From the NCBI GenBank assembly GCA_938031185.1, contig CALHGX010000023.1, forward strand, positions 1,715 through 65,714: a DNA stretch of 64,000 bases, in the 5' to 3' direction. The DNA is from an uncultured bacterium (lineage in GTDB: Bacteria > Verrucomicrobiota > Kiritimatiellia > CAIKKV01 > CALHGX01). The first letter of the stretch is position 1; the number at the start of each line of letters is the position of its first letter. The position numbers were made by a program, and so were the translations under genes. The notes beneath the pieces were generated by a model. It was not told the origin of the DNA and ran no database searches. It saw nothing but the letters and a program-made list of their open reading frames with translations. Below are positions 18,484-28,278 of the stretch, piece after piece.

Positions 18484-19617
18484 ATGAGCATTTGCTCGCG
18501 AGACGCCCGGCGCAGTGCCGGCGCGTGGGTTCTAGCCGCCGCCCTTCTTTGCGCCGGCTGTCGCGGGCCTTCCCTGAACGCGGCCCGATGGAATTTCTAT
18601 GCGGGCCGCTTGGAGCGTGCGGAAAGCGATCTGAGCAGCTCCGGCACGGGCGGGCGCGACGCGGTGTTGCACTACATGGAGCGGGGGATGATTCGTCATG
18701 CCCGTGGGGATTACGAAGGAAGCGTCAGGGATTGGCTCGCGGCGGTGCAACTTCAGGAGCGGCTGGAAACGCACAGTGCTAGCAAGGCGGCGGCCAGCAT
18801 GGTCGTTAACGACACCTTGCTCGATTTTCGCGGGTATCCCTTTGAACGGGTGCTGCTGCACACTTTCTTGGCGCAGAACTTCATGATGATGGAGCGCTGG
18901 GACGAGGCGGCGGTGGAGGGCCGCAACATCGTGCGGCGGTTGGGGCGGATGGATGGGTTTCCCGATGACCCCTTCAGCCGTTATGTGGCAGGCTTTTCGT
19001 TCGAGATGATCGGCGACGGGGAGAACGCGGCGGTGCAGTACCGTCTGGTTTCGCAGTTGCTCAAGACGATTTGCGTGGAGGCGGATACCGGGCGTTTGGC
19101 GCAGCCGGACCCAATGACGACGGCCGGCGGGGAGGGGCGGCCTTCGCATGAGCTGGTCTGTTTTTTTGGGCTGGGACGGATGTTGTCCGGTTCGGCGTGG
19201 GAGGAACCGCCGCGGGTGGAAATCCACACGCGCGGCGCGCGGCTTGGCGCAGGGTGGGTATTGGCCCATACCACGCGGCTGATGGCGGAGAGCGAATCGC
19301 GGATGGCGGCCCGGCGCTTTTCCAAGACCGTGGCGCGCATCGCCGTCAAGGAGTCCATCGCCTCGGCGCTGGAGCGGGAGAACGAAGCGGTGGGCGCGTT
19401 GGCGCGCTTGATCCTTTTCTCCATGGAAACACCGGATTTGCGTTGCTGGGAAACGCTGCCCAAGTGGATGGGCGTCGCCCGGGTGCCGTGCCCCGCCGAC
19501 CTGACATCCTTCGAGTTGCGGGTGAGCAATGGCCGAACGATTACCGTTTCGTCGCGCATCGCGCGCCGGGATCGGACGTTCGTCGCGGTTTGCCGGGACT
19601 ATGCGACCAGACCCTGA
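18484..19617 (+). CDS. TPR-like lipoprotein (COG3014-like), a usual partner of LpoB-like genes
   Basis: CAGC lipobox; LHYMERGMI, DFRGYPFER, AAVE and PDLRCWETLP motifs. Confidence 0.65.
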   Translation: MSICSRDARRSAGAWVLAAALLCAGCRGPSLNAARWNFYAGRLERAESDLSSSGTGGRDAVLHYMERGMIRHARGDYEGSVRDWLAAVQLQERLETHSASKAAASMVVNDTLLDFRGYPFERVLLHTFLAQNFMMMERWDEAAVEGRNIVRRLGRMDGFPDDPFSRYVAGFSFEMIGDGENAAVQYRLVSQLLKTICVEADTGRLAQPDPMTTAGGEGRPSHELVCFFGLGRMLSGSAWEEPPRVEIHTRGARLGAGWVLAHTTRLMAESESRMAARRFSKTVARIAVKESIASALERENEAVGALARLILFSMETPDLRCWETLPKWMGVARVPCPADLTSFELRVSNGRTITVSSRIARRDRTFVAVCRDYATRP

Positions 19618-19631
19618 TCGCCTCGAAGGCG

Positions 19632-20063
19632 TCAGAAGACCAGTGAGATGACCCACAGCAGCAGAATCACGGCGCAGATGAGCATGGCGATTGCCTTGTT
19701 GCGTTGAATGCGCCGTTCCTGATGCAGATGATGAACGCCCTGGATGCCGCCGGCGGAAAAATAGCTTGCGAAGCGGCGGTCTTTGTGAGGCGCAAGGCGA
19801 TGGTCCGCGCCGGGATTGAGTTCCTCTTCGCGCGCCGCAGGCGGCGCGGCGTCAAACAGTTCGCCTTGCGCGGTCTGGCTCCGCGCCGGGACGGCGGGCG
19901 CGTTTCGCGCGGGTGAGCTGGCGGCCGGGCCGGGAAACGAACGCGCTGATCGCCGGCCGGCGCGCTCCACATGCCGCTTTTCGGCTTGCAGTCGTTCCAG
20001 TTCACGCTCGACGGCCGCCAGCCGCTCGGCCAGCGCGGACGGTTTGGCTCGAGAGGGGGCCAT
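19632..20063 (-). CDS. Hypothetical protein: N-terminal coiled coil, C-terminal TM anchor
   Basis: LAERLAAVERELERLQ coil; C-terminal RIQRNKAI followed by a hydrophobic tail. Confidence 0.7.
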   Translation of the reverse strand: MAPSRAKPSALAERLAAVERELERLQAEKRHVERAGRRSARSFPGPAASSPARNAPAVPARSQTAQGELFDAAPPAAREEELNPGADHRLAPHKDRRFASYFSAGGIQGVHHLHQERRIQRNKAIAMLICAVILLLWVISLVF

Positions 20064-20072
20064 CGGTTTCGC

Positions 20073-20801
20073 TCAAACGCCCTTGCTCGTCAGTGCCAAC
20101 CAGATGGCAGCCACGAGGATGATCACGACTATCGCCGGCAAGGAAAAGGCAAGGCCGATCTTGAGCCAGGTGCCAAAGCCGGTGGGTGTCGCCGCTGCCG
20201 TCTCGCGCGCGCCGGCGGGTTGACGATAGGGCGGTTCAACGGGCAGCGGAGCGCCTCCAGCGGCTTCCACGGCCGCCAGGGCCTTGACGAATTCCTTGCG
20301 AACCGTGTCAATCAGCACCACGGCCTTGTTCAATTCCTCGCGAAAGTTCTCGTCCGTCCACGACGCGTCATTGATGCCTTCCAATTCCTGCAACATCTGA
20401 GCGAAACGGTGTCGCGTGCCGGAGTAGATTTCCGTCAGGCGGGCGGACCGGTCCTCCAGTTTTTCCAGCGTGACCAGGCTTTCGTTGATCCGGTCCACCA
20501 TTTCCTTGCGACCGCGATCGTACTCATCTTGTTTCTGCAGCATTTCCTCGAGCGCCTGCTTCTCGCGCTCCAAGTCCGTTTGCCGCCGCTGCAGCCGGTC
20601 TAACTCCTGCTTCACCCCGGCCACGCTGGCGCCGGTTTCTTCGCGGCGACGCGCCATGCGGGCGAGGTTGAGGTCCGAAACGGGGCGCGCCGGCAGTTCG
20701 TCCGGGCGCGGGCCGACGATGTCGGTTCCCTGGCCGACGGACGACGACCGGATGGCGCCACGCCGTTGCCTCAAGTCATCATCGAAAAAATCGGTGCTCA
20801 T
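20073..20801 (-). CDS. Hypothetical coiled-coil protein with C-terminal TM anchor
   Basis: GGAGG SD before MSTDFFDDDL; long heptad-rich region; hydrophobic C-terminus. Confidence 0.8.
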   Translation of the reverse strand: MSTDFFDDDLRQRRGAIRSSSVGQGTDIVGPRPDELPARPVSDLNLARMARRREETGASVAGVKQELDRLQRRQTDLEREKQALEEMLQKQDEYDRGRKEMVDRINESLVTLEKLEDRSARLTEIYSGTRHRFAQMLQELEGINDASWTDENFREELNKAVVLIDTVRKEFVKALAAVEAAGGAPLPVEPPYRQPAGARETAAATPTGFGTWLKIGLAFSLPAIVVIILVAAIWLALTSKGV

Positions 20802-20897
20802 GGTCCACCTCCCCGCGGCTGCCGCCGGCTCTCTCGCGCTTGCGCCCACTCTCGAGTTTACTGTTCCGACACCGCGCCTGCGGCGCGCCAGTCTCTC

Positions 20898-21404
20898 TCA
20901 GGGCCGGAAAATGTCTTCGATTGTCTGTTTATGTTCAATGATTTTCTCCGTCTGACGATCGCTTTGGCGGATCGTCTTCAGGCCTTGTTGCAGCAGGGCC
21001 GCGGCCAGGGCGGTGATCGCGAGCGAGACGGCCATCATGATCAGAATTGTCAGATATTTCGACCGCTGAATGAGGCACTGCAGCGGAATGACGAGCAGAA
21101 GAAAAACCGCCAGTGCCGCGGCCGAAGCCAGATGCCGCTCGGCCAGGGGCCAGGGGACGTGGGGCAACGCATAAAGCCGCACGGCCGTCGCCGCGGCCAG
21201 CATCATTCCTCCGCCGATGAGCAACACGGCCAGGTTCGACCAGACGTGGGCATTGTCGTTGCCGACGGCTTTGCCGACGATGCGCATGGCCACCAGCATG
21301 GCCACCAGGGCGCCGCCGCCCAGGAGCATGGTCTCGAGTGCGGTCGGCGGGGCGCCCGCCAGGGCGTTGATCACGTCCAAGGCTTCCTGTCGCCACTGAT
21401 TCAC
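20898..21404 (-). CDS. Hypothetical membrane protein (about 4 TM)
   Basis: Four hydrophobic segments; GTG start after GGAAGG. Confidence 0.7.
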   Translation of the reverse strand: MNQWRQEALDVINALAGAPPTALETMLLGGGALVAMLVAMRIVGKAVGNDNAHVWSNLAVLLIGGGMMLAAATAVRLYALPHVPWPLAERHLASAAALAVFLLLVIPLQCLIQRSKYLTILIMMAVSLAITALAAALLQQGLKTIRQSDRQTEKIIEHKQTIEDIFRP

Positions 21405-21610
21405 GACGGTCCTTCCCGTGGTGTTACGCGATGGCTCTGACCTTACCAGCAAGCGTGGCTCGGCGGCAAGCGCAAATGCCGAAGCGTGCGGCTCGATGAA
21501 CGGTGCGCTAGCCGCCAAAGCAGGCGCAAGGTGCTCTGATTCGGGTTGATTCCTCTATCGGGGAGCGATAAGAACAGAACGTCGGTACGGCATGGCAAGG
21601 AGGGCGCGCG

Positions 21611-21862
21611 ATGAGACAATTCCCGAAAGGACGATGGGTGGCGGCGGCGGCATGCATTTGGTGCGCATGGGCGGTGGCGGCATTTGGGCGGGATTCGGCG
21701 GCGGCGCCGGCGGTGCCGCCGGGCTTTGAACGGCCGCTTGTGATTGATCGGAAGCTCGAAAGGGACGTCCAGGCGTTGGAAAAGAAAGTGGCCGCGCTGG
21801 AGGCGCAGGTGGCCGCGCTGGAAAAGCGGCTGCAAGCGTTGGAAGGCAAGCCGCGCCCCTGA
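21611..21862 (+). CDS. Small secreted coiled-coil protein
   Basis: AAGGAGG SD, signal-peptide-like N-terminus, heptads VQALEKK-VAALEAQ-VAALEKR-LQALEGK. Confidence 0.7.
   Translation: MRQFPKGRWVAAAACIWCAWAVAAFGRDSAAAPAVPPGFERPLVIDRKLERDVQALEKKVAALEAQVAALEKRLQALEGKPRP
21788..21829 (+). repeat. 21-bp-period coding repeat (heptad duplication)
   Basis: GTGGCCGCGCTGGA at 21788 and 21809. Confidence 0.7.
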
Positions 21863-21884
21863 ACCGTTTCGGATTCGTTGACTG

Positions 21885-23780
21885 ATGAAGAAGCAGAATC
21901 TTCGAGCGCACGTGGTGCAAATGGAAGTCCGTCCGGGCCGGCCGGCCGAAAACGCGCGGCGTATGGTGGATTTTGTGGATCGGGCCCGGCGCGCAGGGGC
22001 GGATGTTGTCGTGTTTCCCGAAATGGCCGTTCCTGGCTATCTAATTGGCGACGAATGGGAGCGTCATGCCTTCCTGCGGGAATGCGAACGGTGGGGACAC
22101 CAGGTGCGCGAACACGCTCACGGCGTGACGGCGATTTTTGGCAATGTCGGCGTGGATTGGCAGCGGAAGAACGAAGACGGCCGGGTGCGAAAGTACAACG
22201 CCCTTTTTGTGGCCGAAAACGGCCGCTTTGTTGCTCCGTCCGGTTCCCGGTATGATTTCGTCATAAAAACGCTGCTGCCGAACTACCGTGAATTCGACGA
22301 GAGTCGGCATTTCTTCGATCTTCGGAAGCTGGCCTTGGAGGAGGGCTGCGACGTTCGAGATCTAATCCGGCCTGTTTGGGCCGGAGGGGTCACGCTGGGC
22401 TGCGCGCTTTGCGAGGATGCGTGGGATCCGGACTATTCCGTTTCGCCCCTGCGCATTCTCGCGGCGGCGGGCGTGGAGGTCTTCGTGAACGCCAGTTGTT
22501 CGCCCTACACCCTGAACAAGAACGACAAACGCATCCGTCTGCTCTCGGCGACGGCGCGAACATTGGGGCGTCCGTTAATTTACGTGAACAACACGGGCAT
22601 ACAGGACAATGGTAAGACCGTTTTCACGTTCGATGGGGCCAGTTGCGTGTATGACGGACACGGGGGGCGGCTGGACGGGCCGCCGGCGTTTGAAGAGGGC
22701 GTGCTGGATGTGGTCGTGCCTCTGGACGGGTCGCGGTTCGGCGCAGGAACGCGACCGGCGGAGGATGGGACCGAAATGATTTACCGAGCGCTGGCCTATG
22801 GAACAAAGAAATTCATGGCCGCAGTGGGGGTAGAGCGGGTGACGGTGGGCGCATCGGGCGGCATTGATTCGTCCGTGGTGGCGGCGCTCTACGCCAGCAT
22901 CCTGCCGCCGGAGTCCCTTCTGCTGCTGAACATGCCCAGCCGTTTCAATTCCGGCACAACGATTGCCGTGGCGCGGGAACTGGCGGAGAACCTCGACTGC
23001 TATTACGCCGAGGCGCCCATTGAAGACAGCGTTCGCATGACCGTCGGGCAGTTGGACGGCCTTCAGGTGCGTCGCCCTCGAAGCGGAGGCGCCCGGCGCT
23101 TGAGCCTATCCGGTCTTCAGCGGGAAAACATTCAGGCGCGCGATCGCTCGGCTCGGGTACTGGCCGCGGCCGCCGCCGCATTCGGCGGGGTGTTCACCTG
23201 CAACGGGAACAAGGCGGAGATGACGGCGGGATATGCTACCCTTTATGGCGACCTGGCCGGGTATCTGGCGAACATCGCCGATCTGTGGAAGGGGGAGGTG
23301 TACCAACTGGGCCGCCACCTAAACGAAAAAGTGTTCGGGCGAGTCGTGGTTCCAGAGGGTGCATTTCGGGTGACTCCTTCGGCGGAACTAAGTGCGGAGC
23401 AGGCGGTGGATGAAGGCAAGGGCGATCCGCTGATCTATCCGTATCATGATCGGCTGTTCTGCTCTTGGGTGGAGTGGTGGGATCGCGTCACGCCGGAGGA
23501 AATACTGGATTGGTATGCGGAGGGCGTCCTGGCGGAACGGATTGGCTATGAGGGACGCATTGAAGCGCTGTTTCCGACGCCGCGCGAGTTCATCGCGGAT
23601 TTGGAACGCTGGTGGGGACAGTACCAGGGGCTTGGGGTGGCGAAGCGCATTCAAGCGCCCCCGGTGTTGGCGGTGAAGCGGCGGGCCTTTGGCTTTGACC
23701 ATCGAGAGGCGCAGTTGGGGGCGCGGTACACGAGCCGCTACTTGGAAATCAAACAACGCCTTCTGGAAGGGACGGCCTGA
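21885..23780 (+). CDS. nadE: Glutamine-dependent NAD+ synthetase
   Basis: Nitrilase triad FPEM / KTLLPNY / CED; SGGIDSS, ENIQAR, GYATLYGD, PSAEL. Confidence 0.95.
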   Translation: MKKQNLRAHVVQMEVRPGRPAENARRMVDFVDRARRAGADVVVFPEMAVPGYLIGDEWERHAFLRECERWGHQVREHAHGVTAIFGNVGVDWQRKNEDGRVRKYNALFVAENGRFVAPSGSRYDFVIKTLLPNYREFDESRHFFDLRKLALEEGCDVRDLIRPVWAGGVTLGCALCEDAWDPDYSVSPLRILAAAGVEVFVNASCSPYTLNKNDKRIRLLSATARTLGRPLIYVNNTGIQDNGKTVFTFDGASCVYDGHGGRLDGPPAFEEGVLDVVVPLDGSRFGAGTRPAEDGTEMIYRALAYGTKKFMAAVGVERVTVGASGGIDSSVVAALYASILPPESLLLLNMPSRFNSGTTIAVARELAENLDCYYAEAPIEDSVRMTVGQLDGLQVRRPRSGGARRLSLSGLQRENIQARDRSARVLAAAAAAFGGVFTCNGNKAEMTAGYATLYGDLAGYLANIADLWKGEVYQLGRHLNEKVFGRVVVPEGAFRVTPSAELSAEQAVDEGKGDPLIYPYHDRLFCSWVEWWDRVTPEEILDWYAEGVLAERIGYEGRIEALFPTPREFIADLERWWGQYQGLGVAKRIQAPPVLAVKRRAFGFDHREAQLGARYTSRYLEIKQRLLEGTA

Positions 23781-23816
23781 CTGCGGGCGGGGTTCAGCCG
23801 AATCGCCCGCTGCCCG

Positions 23817-25721
23817 TCAACTGGAGGATGGCTCCAGCGCGCGTCGCACGGCGACCAGCAGTTGCTCGTCGGAAAAGGGCTTTTGCAGGAAACGCCATGA
23901 CCCGACGGGGACCTGCTTGCGCGCATAGTCGCGCGAAAAGCCGCTGGTGAGCAGCACTGGCGTGTCCGGCTTGATGTTCTGCAGCGCCTCGAAAAGCGCC
24001 CGACCATGCAGATCGGGCATGACGAGGTCCTGCACCACAAGGCTTGTGGCGTCTGCATGGCGGCGGAAAACGCGGAGACAATCCTCGCCGGAGGTCGCCG
24101 TGTGGACGCGAAAACCCGCTCCTTCCAGCGCGGCGCGCGCCTGCTTCAGTGCGGCGGCGTCGTCATCCGCCACGACCACGGTATCTCCGCCTTGAGCCGG
24201 ATGGGCGCTGGCGCCGCCCACTGCTTCAGTGCTCGGCAGGTAGATGGTGAAGGTGGCGCCATGGCCGGGACGGCTGGAGACGCGGATCCAGCCGCCACAA
24301 CGTTGGACGGCGGTATGTACGACGGATAGTCCAAGCCCGAGGTGGCCCCCAGCCCCTTTTGTGGTGAAGAAAGGTTCGAAAATTCTGTCGAGAGCTTCGG
24401 GCGGGATGCCGGGGCCGGTGTCGCGTATCCGCAAGATGGCATACCGCCCGCGCCGGGCGTTGGGGTTGAGCCGTTGATCTGGCTTGAGAGAGGCCTGTTC
24501 TCGCGCGTCAATCGAGACACGGCCACCGCGGGGCATGGCCTCCGCTGCGTTGAGGAGCATGTCCACCATCACGTCCACCAGTTGAGCCGGATCAGCTAAC
24601 ACCGTGGGCAGAGCCTTGAGATTTCGGACACGAACAACGATATTCTTTTGGCGCAGTTGCTCCTCCAGAAGCCCCAGCGCGCTTTGAATGGCGGTTCCAA
24701 GCGGCACACGCTGGATGTTGATATCCTTCTCGATGTCGCTGGCGCGGGCTACGCTGAGGATGCGTTTGGTCAACGTGGAGGCGTGCCGGACGGCTTCCAG
24801 GATGCGACGGGCGTCGGCGGCGGGACGGGTGTTTGGCGCGAGGTACTCCAGCATGGAGGAAGCGTGGCCCGCCATGAGCGTGAGCAGATTGTTGAACTCA
24901 TGTGCGATGTTGCTGGCCAGCTTGCCGATGGCCTCCATCTTCTGCCGCGCCATCATGTGCGATTCGTGCCGACGGTACGCGCTGAGATCGCGAAAGGCAA
25001 TGACCACGCCCATCAACATGCCGGTGCGGTCGTTGATGGGCGACACCGTGCAGTTAATGGGACGATGTGTGCCGTCCGCGGAAATCAGTGTGCGATCGCC
25101 GTTGTCCGGATGGGCTGATTCTTCGGTCGCTTTGCCGTCAGAGTGTGCTTCGACTTCGACGGTGCGGAAAACGGTTTGCAGCGGGCGGCCGATCGCCTCC
25201 TCACGCCGCCAACCGGTAAGGTGCTCGGCCACCGGATTCATGAAAGCCACCCGATTGTTCACGTCCGCCGCGATGACGGCATCGCCGATGCCGGTGAGCG
25301 TGGCCTCGAGCCAGCGAGTGCGCTCCTCGAGCTGGCGTTCCATGCGGGCGCGATAGAGCGCCATGTCCAGCGCCACCGCCAATTCGCGTTCCACAAACGG
25401 CTTGATCAAGTATCCGAAGGGCGCGGTGAGCTTGGCCGACGAAAGGGTTTGTTCATCGGCGTAGGCGGTGAGGTAGACGATGGGGATCTCCAGTTCCGAA
25501 TAGATTCGGCGGCCGGCTTCCAAACCGCTGGTACCGCCGGGCAGGCGCACGTCCATCAGCACCAGATCTGGCCGTTTGCGGCGGGCCAACGTCAGCGCGT
25601 CCTCTCCGGTGGCCGCCTGGCCGACGACCTCATAGCCCAGGCGGCGGAGGGTCTGGGCAAGGTCGCGGGCCACAATGGCTTCGTCCTCCACAACGAGCAA
25701 CCGCGCTTTTTTCCCGGCCAT
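23817..25721 (-). CDS. Hybrid sensor histidine kinase (REC-PAS-HisKA-HATPase-REC)
   Basis: LVVEDE...LMDVRL receiver, MNPVAE PAS, IAHEFNNLL H-box, DTGPGI, FEPFFTTK, GLGLS, C-terminal DLVMP and FLQKPF. Confidence 0.93.
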   Translation of the reverse strand: MAGKKARLLVVEDEAIVARDLAQTLRRLGYEVVGQAATGEDALTLARRKRPDLVLMDVRLPGGTSGLEAGRRIYSELEIPIVYLTAYADEQTLSSAKLTAPFGYLIKPFVERELAVALDMALYRARMERQLEERTRWLEATLTGIGDAVIAADVNNRVAFMNPVAEHLTGWRREEAIGRPLQTVFRTVEVEAHSDGKATEESAHPDNGDRTLISADGTHRPINCTVSPINDRTGMLMGVVIAFRDLSAYRRHESHMMARQKMEAIGKLASNIAHEFNNLLTLMAGHASSMLEYLAPNTRPAADARRILEAVRHASTLTKRILSVARASDIEKDINIQRVPLGTAIQSALGLLEEQLRQKNIVVRVRNLKALPTVLADPAQLVDVMVDMLLNAAEAMPRGGRVSIDAREQASLKPDQRLNPNARRGRYAILRIRDTGPGIPPEALDRIFEPFFTTKGAGGHLGLGLSVVHTAVQRCGGWIRVSSRPGHGATFTIYLPSTEAVGGASAHPAQGGDTVVVADDDAAALKQARAALEGAGFRVHTATSGEDCLRVFRRHADATSLVVQDLVMPDLHGRALFEALQNIKPDTPVLLTSGFSRDYARKQVPVGSWRFLQKPFSDEQLLVAVRRALEPSSS

Positions 25722-26122
25722 GTTGTCTCCCTGATCGGCGACGAATTGACGAGAAGTAGTCTTGCACGGCAAGGCGGCAGATGGCAAGCGCGAGGAACAG
25801 GAGGAGAGAAAAAAGAGATCGTTGGACCACGGACCATGGAAGGACACTGTGATTGAGGAACAGGGAATTAGGCCGGAACGGGACACGCGGAACCGACGCC
25901 AGATCTCGGGGAAAACGTGAACGAAAGCAGCAGGCGATCAGATGGTTCTCGTAAATGAGAACGCGGCGTGATGAGTTGACAAGCCTTTGCTGGACAAAAG
26001 AACTGGTGAGATCGCTACAGCCGCAGGATAACAAGAAAGCGGTCGTCTCAGGTGTGGGGAATTTGTATTTTCGGTGTCAAATGGCCCGAAAGATGCTTTA
26101 GCGCAGGGAGGAGGGTCAGATA

Positions 26123-26398
26123 ATGCTCGCCTTGTATGATACCGCATTGAGTTTTTTGATTGTGTTGATTTTTTCGGTCTGGGTTTGGCGGCTGAAGCGC
26201 GGGATGAACCGGGCGCCGGAATCGGCGCCGTCTGCCGAAGCTCCCCCGGCAGAGCCTTCTCCAAACCATGTCACGCTTGTGGCCCGTCCTCATGCGGTGG
26301 CGGCGACACATTCGCCGGTGACGAAGCGAGCCGCTTCAGCAACGGCTGCGTCGCGGACAGTGCGCGAAGGTGGCGTTCCCACGTGGACGATTGACTAA
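26123..26398 (+). CDS. Small single-TM hypothetical protein
   Basis: Strong GGAGGAGG SD; N-terminal TM followed by RLKR and a low-complexity tail; fits the intergenic space. Confidence 0.5.
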   Translation: MLALYDTALSFLIVLIFSVWVWRLKRGMNRAPESAPSAEAPPAEPSPNHVTLVARPHAVAATHSPVTKRAASATAASRTVREGGVPTWTID

Positions 26399-26412
26399 AG
26401 GTCCGGGCGGCC

Positions 26413-28278
26413 TCACCAACTTGTGTGGCGGACTGCGGAAGAGGGAATCCATCCGGTGAGGCGTTCGCCGGCTGCGCGGGTCCAAATTCCTTCGGGTTCA
26501 GATAGTCGCACGACTTCGCCTTCCTCAAAGGCGCCAGTGGCAAGCGCGCGATCGCTGGGAGCGATGCGAACGGGAATGTTTTCGGTGAGGATAACCGCCT
26601 CGCATTTGTTAGGGAGGCGGATTGCCGGCTGAAAGACGGCTCCGGCGATCAGTGCGGCTGCGCATGTCGCCATTGCGGTCGTGAGCCACCGGGCGGAGCG
26701 TTTCCGTGCCAGCCGAATCGTCAGGAGTATTGCCGTGAGCCCATACAGGGCGATCAGGACGGTTCGTTGCTCTGAGGGGCTGACTATTCGCCACAGCGGG
26801 ATTGCGGCGTTACTGTTGGGAGACAGGCGGCGGAGCATGGCTCGCGTGGCTGTGTTCCGGGGACTCAAGAGCAGGGCGCGTCGGTAGTTCAATACGGCCT
26901 CGCCCTTTCGTCCCGCTTTCCAACAGGCCGCGCCCAGGTTGTGGAACAGCTCCGGCGCGTAGCGGCCATCGGCAAGAATCCGGGCATACAAGTCAACGGC
27001 CTCCGAGAAGCGACCTTCCTTGAAGCGCTCGCTCGCGAGACGAAACTGATCGCTTGCGGCTTTGTCGGCCGCGGCCGGTGCCGGTTTGCGCACGACCATG
27101 AGGCCTTCAGTGACCAGCCAGACGGTCAGCAGCAGAACCGCAACGACTTGGAGGGCAACACCGGTCTTTCGGTTTCTGGGCCGCCACAGGCGCACGGCGG
27201 CCATGAGCAGGACTGCCAGTGCGGGTAGCCCTCGAACAGGGCGAACAAGCGAATGGGGTGAGGGCGCATGCTTCTGGCGCCAGACAGCGGGGGCGGGCTT
27301 GATGAGCGTGGTGTCCTCCTGCGCCTCGGATGATGAAACGGCACGCGGGGGCCGGCGAACAGTCGGGGCGGCAGGCGGCTCTGGGGATACGGCCAAATGG
27401 AACGGTCCGAGTTGCGCTTGGCGGAAGGCCTCTTCGGCTGGATCAAAGTAGGAAATGGAAGCGGTGGGAATCAGGACGGAATTTGTGGTCAGAGGAACCA
27501 GCGTCTGTCGGAAAACACGCTTGTCGGCGCGTGATTGGCTGGAGTCGAGTTCAGGATCATACGCCTTGAAGAGCGGCCCCGGGTCGAAGCGCGGCGGGGC
27601 CATGGCTTCCATGTCGCCGTCGCCGGAGACGGTTATCGTGATGGTCACGAGATCGCCCGGCGTGGGGTTGGTTGGCGCGACGGCGCAGGCAAAAGCGAAG
27701 CGGCCCACCAGTCCGGAATAGTCCAGCGGACGGCCTTCCGTTGGAATCGGACGCACCACGAGATCGAGAGGCGTGACGGGGATCGAGACGGGCTGTTCTT
27801 CCCGAAGGGTCATGAAGAACGTTCGCGAGAGAGCGATGACGGAGGCGCGTAGGACGGGGGCGCATCGGATCGTGCCGGCTTTTGGCGCGCGGGCCAGGCA
27901 TCGAAAGCGGCGCATCTCATAGGATTTGCCTCCGATCGAGACGGGGGCGGCGGCAAGCTCCTCGAAGGGCTGAATCAGCAGTTCTTCGGGGGCAGGAAAG
28001 CCACCGACCTGGAAGGCCGAGGAAAGGTTGATCTCAGGGGCTGAATAAATCTCGAGATACAGCGTCACCTGTTGGCGCTCGAACGGCGAAGGGGGCTCGG
28101 CCTTGATTCGGGCGAAGAGCGTGTCCGGCGTTTGGGCGGTCACGACTCCTGCGCACAGGACGGCCGCGAGCAGCGAAAGACCGATGAGCGTTTCCTTTTC
28201 GGTTTGCATATTCGGCGCCATTGCGGGCGGGTGCGCCACATGTCCTTGCAGCGTGGAATATAACAGAGATCGGTTCAT
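26413..28278 (-). CDS. BatD-like protein fused to a BatE-like TPR + SH3b module (true start probably 28210-28222)
   Basis: BatD-like beta domains (GLVGRF, GDLVTITITVSGDG, ISYFDP), TM segments, TPR (FHNLGAACWKAGRKGEAVLNYRRAL) and C-terminal SH3 (LTGWIP). Confidence 0.75.
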   Translation of the reverse strand: MNRSLLYSTLQGHVAHPPAMAPNMQTEKETLIGLSLLAAVLCAGVVTAQTPDTLFARIKAEPPSPFERQQVTLYLEIYSAPEINLSSAFQVGGFPAPEELLIQPFEELAAAPVSIGGKSYEMRRFRCLARAPKAGTIRCAPVLRASVIALSRTFFMTLREEQPVSIPVTPLDLVVRPIPTEGRPLDYSGLVGRFAFACAVAPTNPTPGDLVTITITVSGDGDMEAMAPPRFDPGPLFKAYDPELDSSQSRADKRVFRQTLVPLTTNSVLIPTASISYFDPAEEAFRQAQLGPFHLAVSPEPPAAPTVRRPPRAVSSSEAQEDTTLIKPAPAVWRQKHAPSPHSLVRPVRGLPALAVLLMAAVRLWRPRNRKTGVALQVVAVLLLTVWLVTEGLMVVRKPAPAAADKAASDQFRLASERFKEGRFSEAVDLYARILADGRYAPELFHNLGAACWKAGRKGEAVLNYRRALLLSPRNTATRAMLRRLSPNSNAAIPLWRIVSPSEQRTVLIALYGLTAILLTIRLARKRSARWLTTAMATCAAALIAGAVFQPAIRLPNKCEAVILTENIPVRIAPSDRALATGAFEEGEVVRLSEPEGIWTRAAGERLTGWIPSSAVRHTSW

